Shown one piece after another: positions 6,578 to 7,881 of a stretch of DNA of 7,881 nt. Numbering within the stretch: the first letter of the stretch is position 1; each line of letters begins with the position of its first letter. The position numbers and the translations under genes were made by a program. Under the pieces are notes generated by a model. That model did no database searches. It was not told where the DNA came from and was given only the letters and a program-made list of their open reading frames with translations. Source of the stretch: a virus (taxonomy: Duplodnaviria > Heunggongvirae > Uroviricota > Caudoviricetes); IMG/VR virus record IMGVR_UViG_2585427735_000015; one strand, given 5' to 3'.

Positions 6578-7881
6578 ATGCACATTGGACAGGCTCTTGA
6601 TCTGGTATCCCGTTACGATTCTCTGCGTAACCCACTGACTTCTCTGGGGGATTACCTCGACCCCGAACTCATCTCTCGTTGCCTTGCCGAATCAGGTACT
6701 GTAACGCTACGCAAGCGCCGTCTTCCCCTCGAAATGATGGTCTGGTGTATTGTTGGCATGGCGCTTGAGCGTAAAGAACCTCTTCACCAGATTGTGAATC
6801 GCCTGGACATCATGTTGCCGGGCAATCGCCCCTTCGTTGCCCCCAGTGCCGTTATTCAGGCCCGCCAGCGCCTGGGAAGTGAGGCTGTCCGCCGCGTGTT
6901 CACGAAAACAGCGCAGCTCTGGCATAACGCCACGCCGCATCCGCACTGGTGCGGCCTGACCCTGCTGGCCATCGATGGTGTGTTCTGGCGCACACCGGAT
7001 ACACCAGAGAACGATGCAGCCTTCCCCCGCCAGACACATGCCGGGAACCCGGCGCTCTACCCGCAGGTCAAAATGGTCTGCCAGATGGAACTGACCAGCC
7101 ATCTGCTGACGGCTGCAGCCTTCGGCACGATGAAGAACAGCGAAAATGAGCTTGCTGAGCAACTTATAGAACAAACCGGCGATAACACTCTGACGTTAAT
7201 GGATAAAGGTTATTACTCACTGGGACTGTTAAATGCCTGGAGCCTGGCGGGAGAACACCGCCACTGGATGATACCTCTCAGAAAGGGAGCGCAATATGAA
7301 GAGATCAGAAAACTGGGTAAAGGCGATCATCTGGTGAAGCTGAAAACCAGCCCGCAGGCACGAAAAAAGTGGCCGGGACTGGGAAATGAAGTGACTGCCC
7401 GCCTGCTGACCGTGACGCGCAAAGGAAAAGTCTGCCATCTGCTGACGTCGATGACGGACGCCATGCGCTTCCCCGGAGGAGAAATGGGGGATCTGTACAG
7501 TCATCGCTGGGAAATCGAACTGGGATACAGGGAGATAAAACAGACGATGCAACGGAGCAGGCTGACGCTGAGAAGTAAAAAGCCGGAGCTTGTGGAGCAA
7601 GAGCTGTGGGGTGTCTTACTGGCTTATAATCTGGTGAGATATCAGATGATTAAAATGGCGGAACATCTGAAAGGTTACTGGCCGAATCAACTGAGTTTCT
7701 CAGAATCATGCGGAATGGTGATGAGAATGCTGATGACATTGCAGGGCGCTTCACCGGGACGTATACCGGAGCTGATGCGCGATCTTGCAAGTATGGGACA
7801 ACTTGTGAAATTACCGACAAGAAGGGAAAGGGCCTTCCCGAGAGTGGTAAAGGAGAGGCCCTGGAAATACCCCACAGCCCC
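6578..7881 (+). CDS. insG: IS4 transposase InsG (DDE family with YREK signature), 3'-partial at window edge
   Basis: Open frame from ATG 6578 to the window end (~434 codons, no stop), so absent from the supplied ORF track. Translation [36 protein letters not shown]... matches IS4 InsG as I recall it, with DDE-like residues in [19 protein letters not shown] and [13 protein letters not shown]. Confidence 0.9.
   Translation, partial: MHIGQALDLVSRYDSLRNPLTSLGDYLDPELISRCLAESGTVTLRKRRLPLEMMVWCIVGMALERKEPLHQIVNRLDIMLPGNRPFVAPSAVIQARQRLGSEAVRRVFTKTAQLWHNATPHPHWCGLTLLAIDGVFWRTPDTPENDAAFPRQTHAGNPALYPQVKMVCQMELTSHLLTAAAFGTMKNSENELAEQLIEQTGDNTLTLMDKGYYSLGLLNAWSLAGEHRHWMIPLRKGAQYEEIRKLGKGDHLVKLKTSPQARKKWPGLGNEVTARLLTVTRKGKVCHLLTSMTDAMRFPGGEMGDLYSHRWEIELGYREIKQTMQRSRLTLRSKKPELVEQELWGVLLAYNLVRYQMIKMAEHLKGYWPNQLSFSESCGMVMRMLMTLQGASPGRIPELMRDLASMGQLVKLPTRRERAFPRVVKERPWKYPTA

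Larger units (their letters stand above)
6494..7881 (+). mobile_element. IS4 insertion sequence (left end and about 1.39 kb; right end lies beyond the window)
   Basis: Sequence from TAATGCCGATCAGTTAAGG onward matches IS4 as I recall it, with an ~84-bp leader and then the InsG transposase ORF. The left boundary is approximate (6490-6500). The right inverted repeat and target-site duplication are outside the window. Confidence 0.85.

Noticed and set aside
6707-7875. ORFs 6707-7174 (-), 6949-7149 (+), 7229-7600 (-) and 7687-7875 (-)
   Set aside because: All lie within the IS4 transposase gene, antisense or off-frame; the real gene is the + strand frame from 6578, which has no stop in the window.
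1-7881. CRISPR arrays, tRNA or rRNA genes
   Set aside because: No regularly spaced direct repeats with unique spacers and no tRNA-like cloverleaf candidates were seen; the window is almost entirely protein-coding.

Overview
This window is the late region of a Rac-like defective lambdoid prophage (E. coli/Shigella type), with every real gene on the + strand. All identifications are from reading the sequence and recalling protein families; no database search or computation was run. In order: the 3' end of a pinholin gene, an intact SAR endolysin (P21 R-type), the nested Rz/Rz1 spanin pair, the AT-rich moron trkG (K+ uptake) with an intrinsic terminator-like hairpin after it, a translationally coupled pair encoding a ParB/Srx-like protein (YnaK-like) and a GT-A-fold-like protein (YdaY-like), a small overlapping HTH-like ORF, a long small-terminase gene with internal TGCGCA repeats, and a large-terminase gene cut off after its ATPase motifs by an IS4 insertion. 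The IS4 transposase runs off the 3' edge of the window and is therefore missing from the supplied ORF track. The most interesting candidate for an undescribed system is the ParB-like + GT-A-like pair sitting in the moron slot between lysis and packaging. No tRNA, rRNA or CRISPR array was seen.
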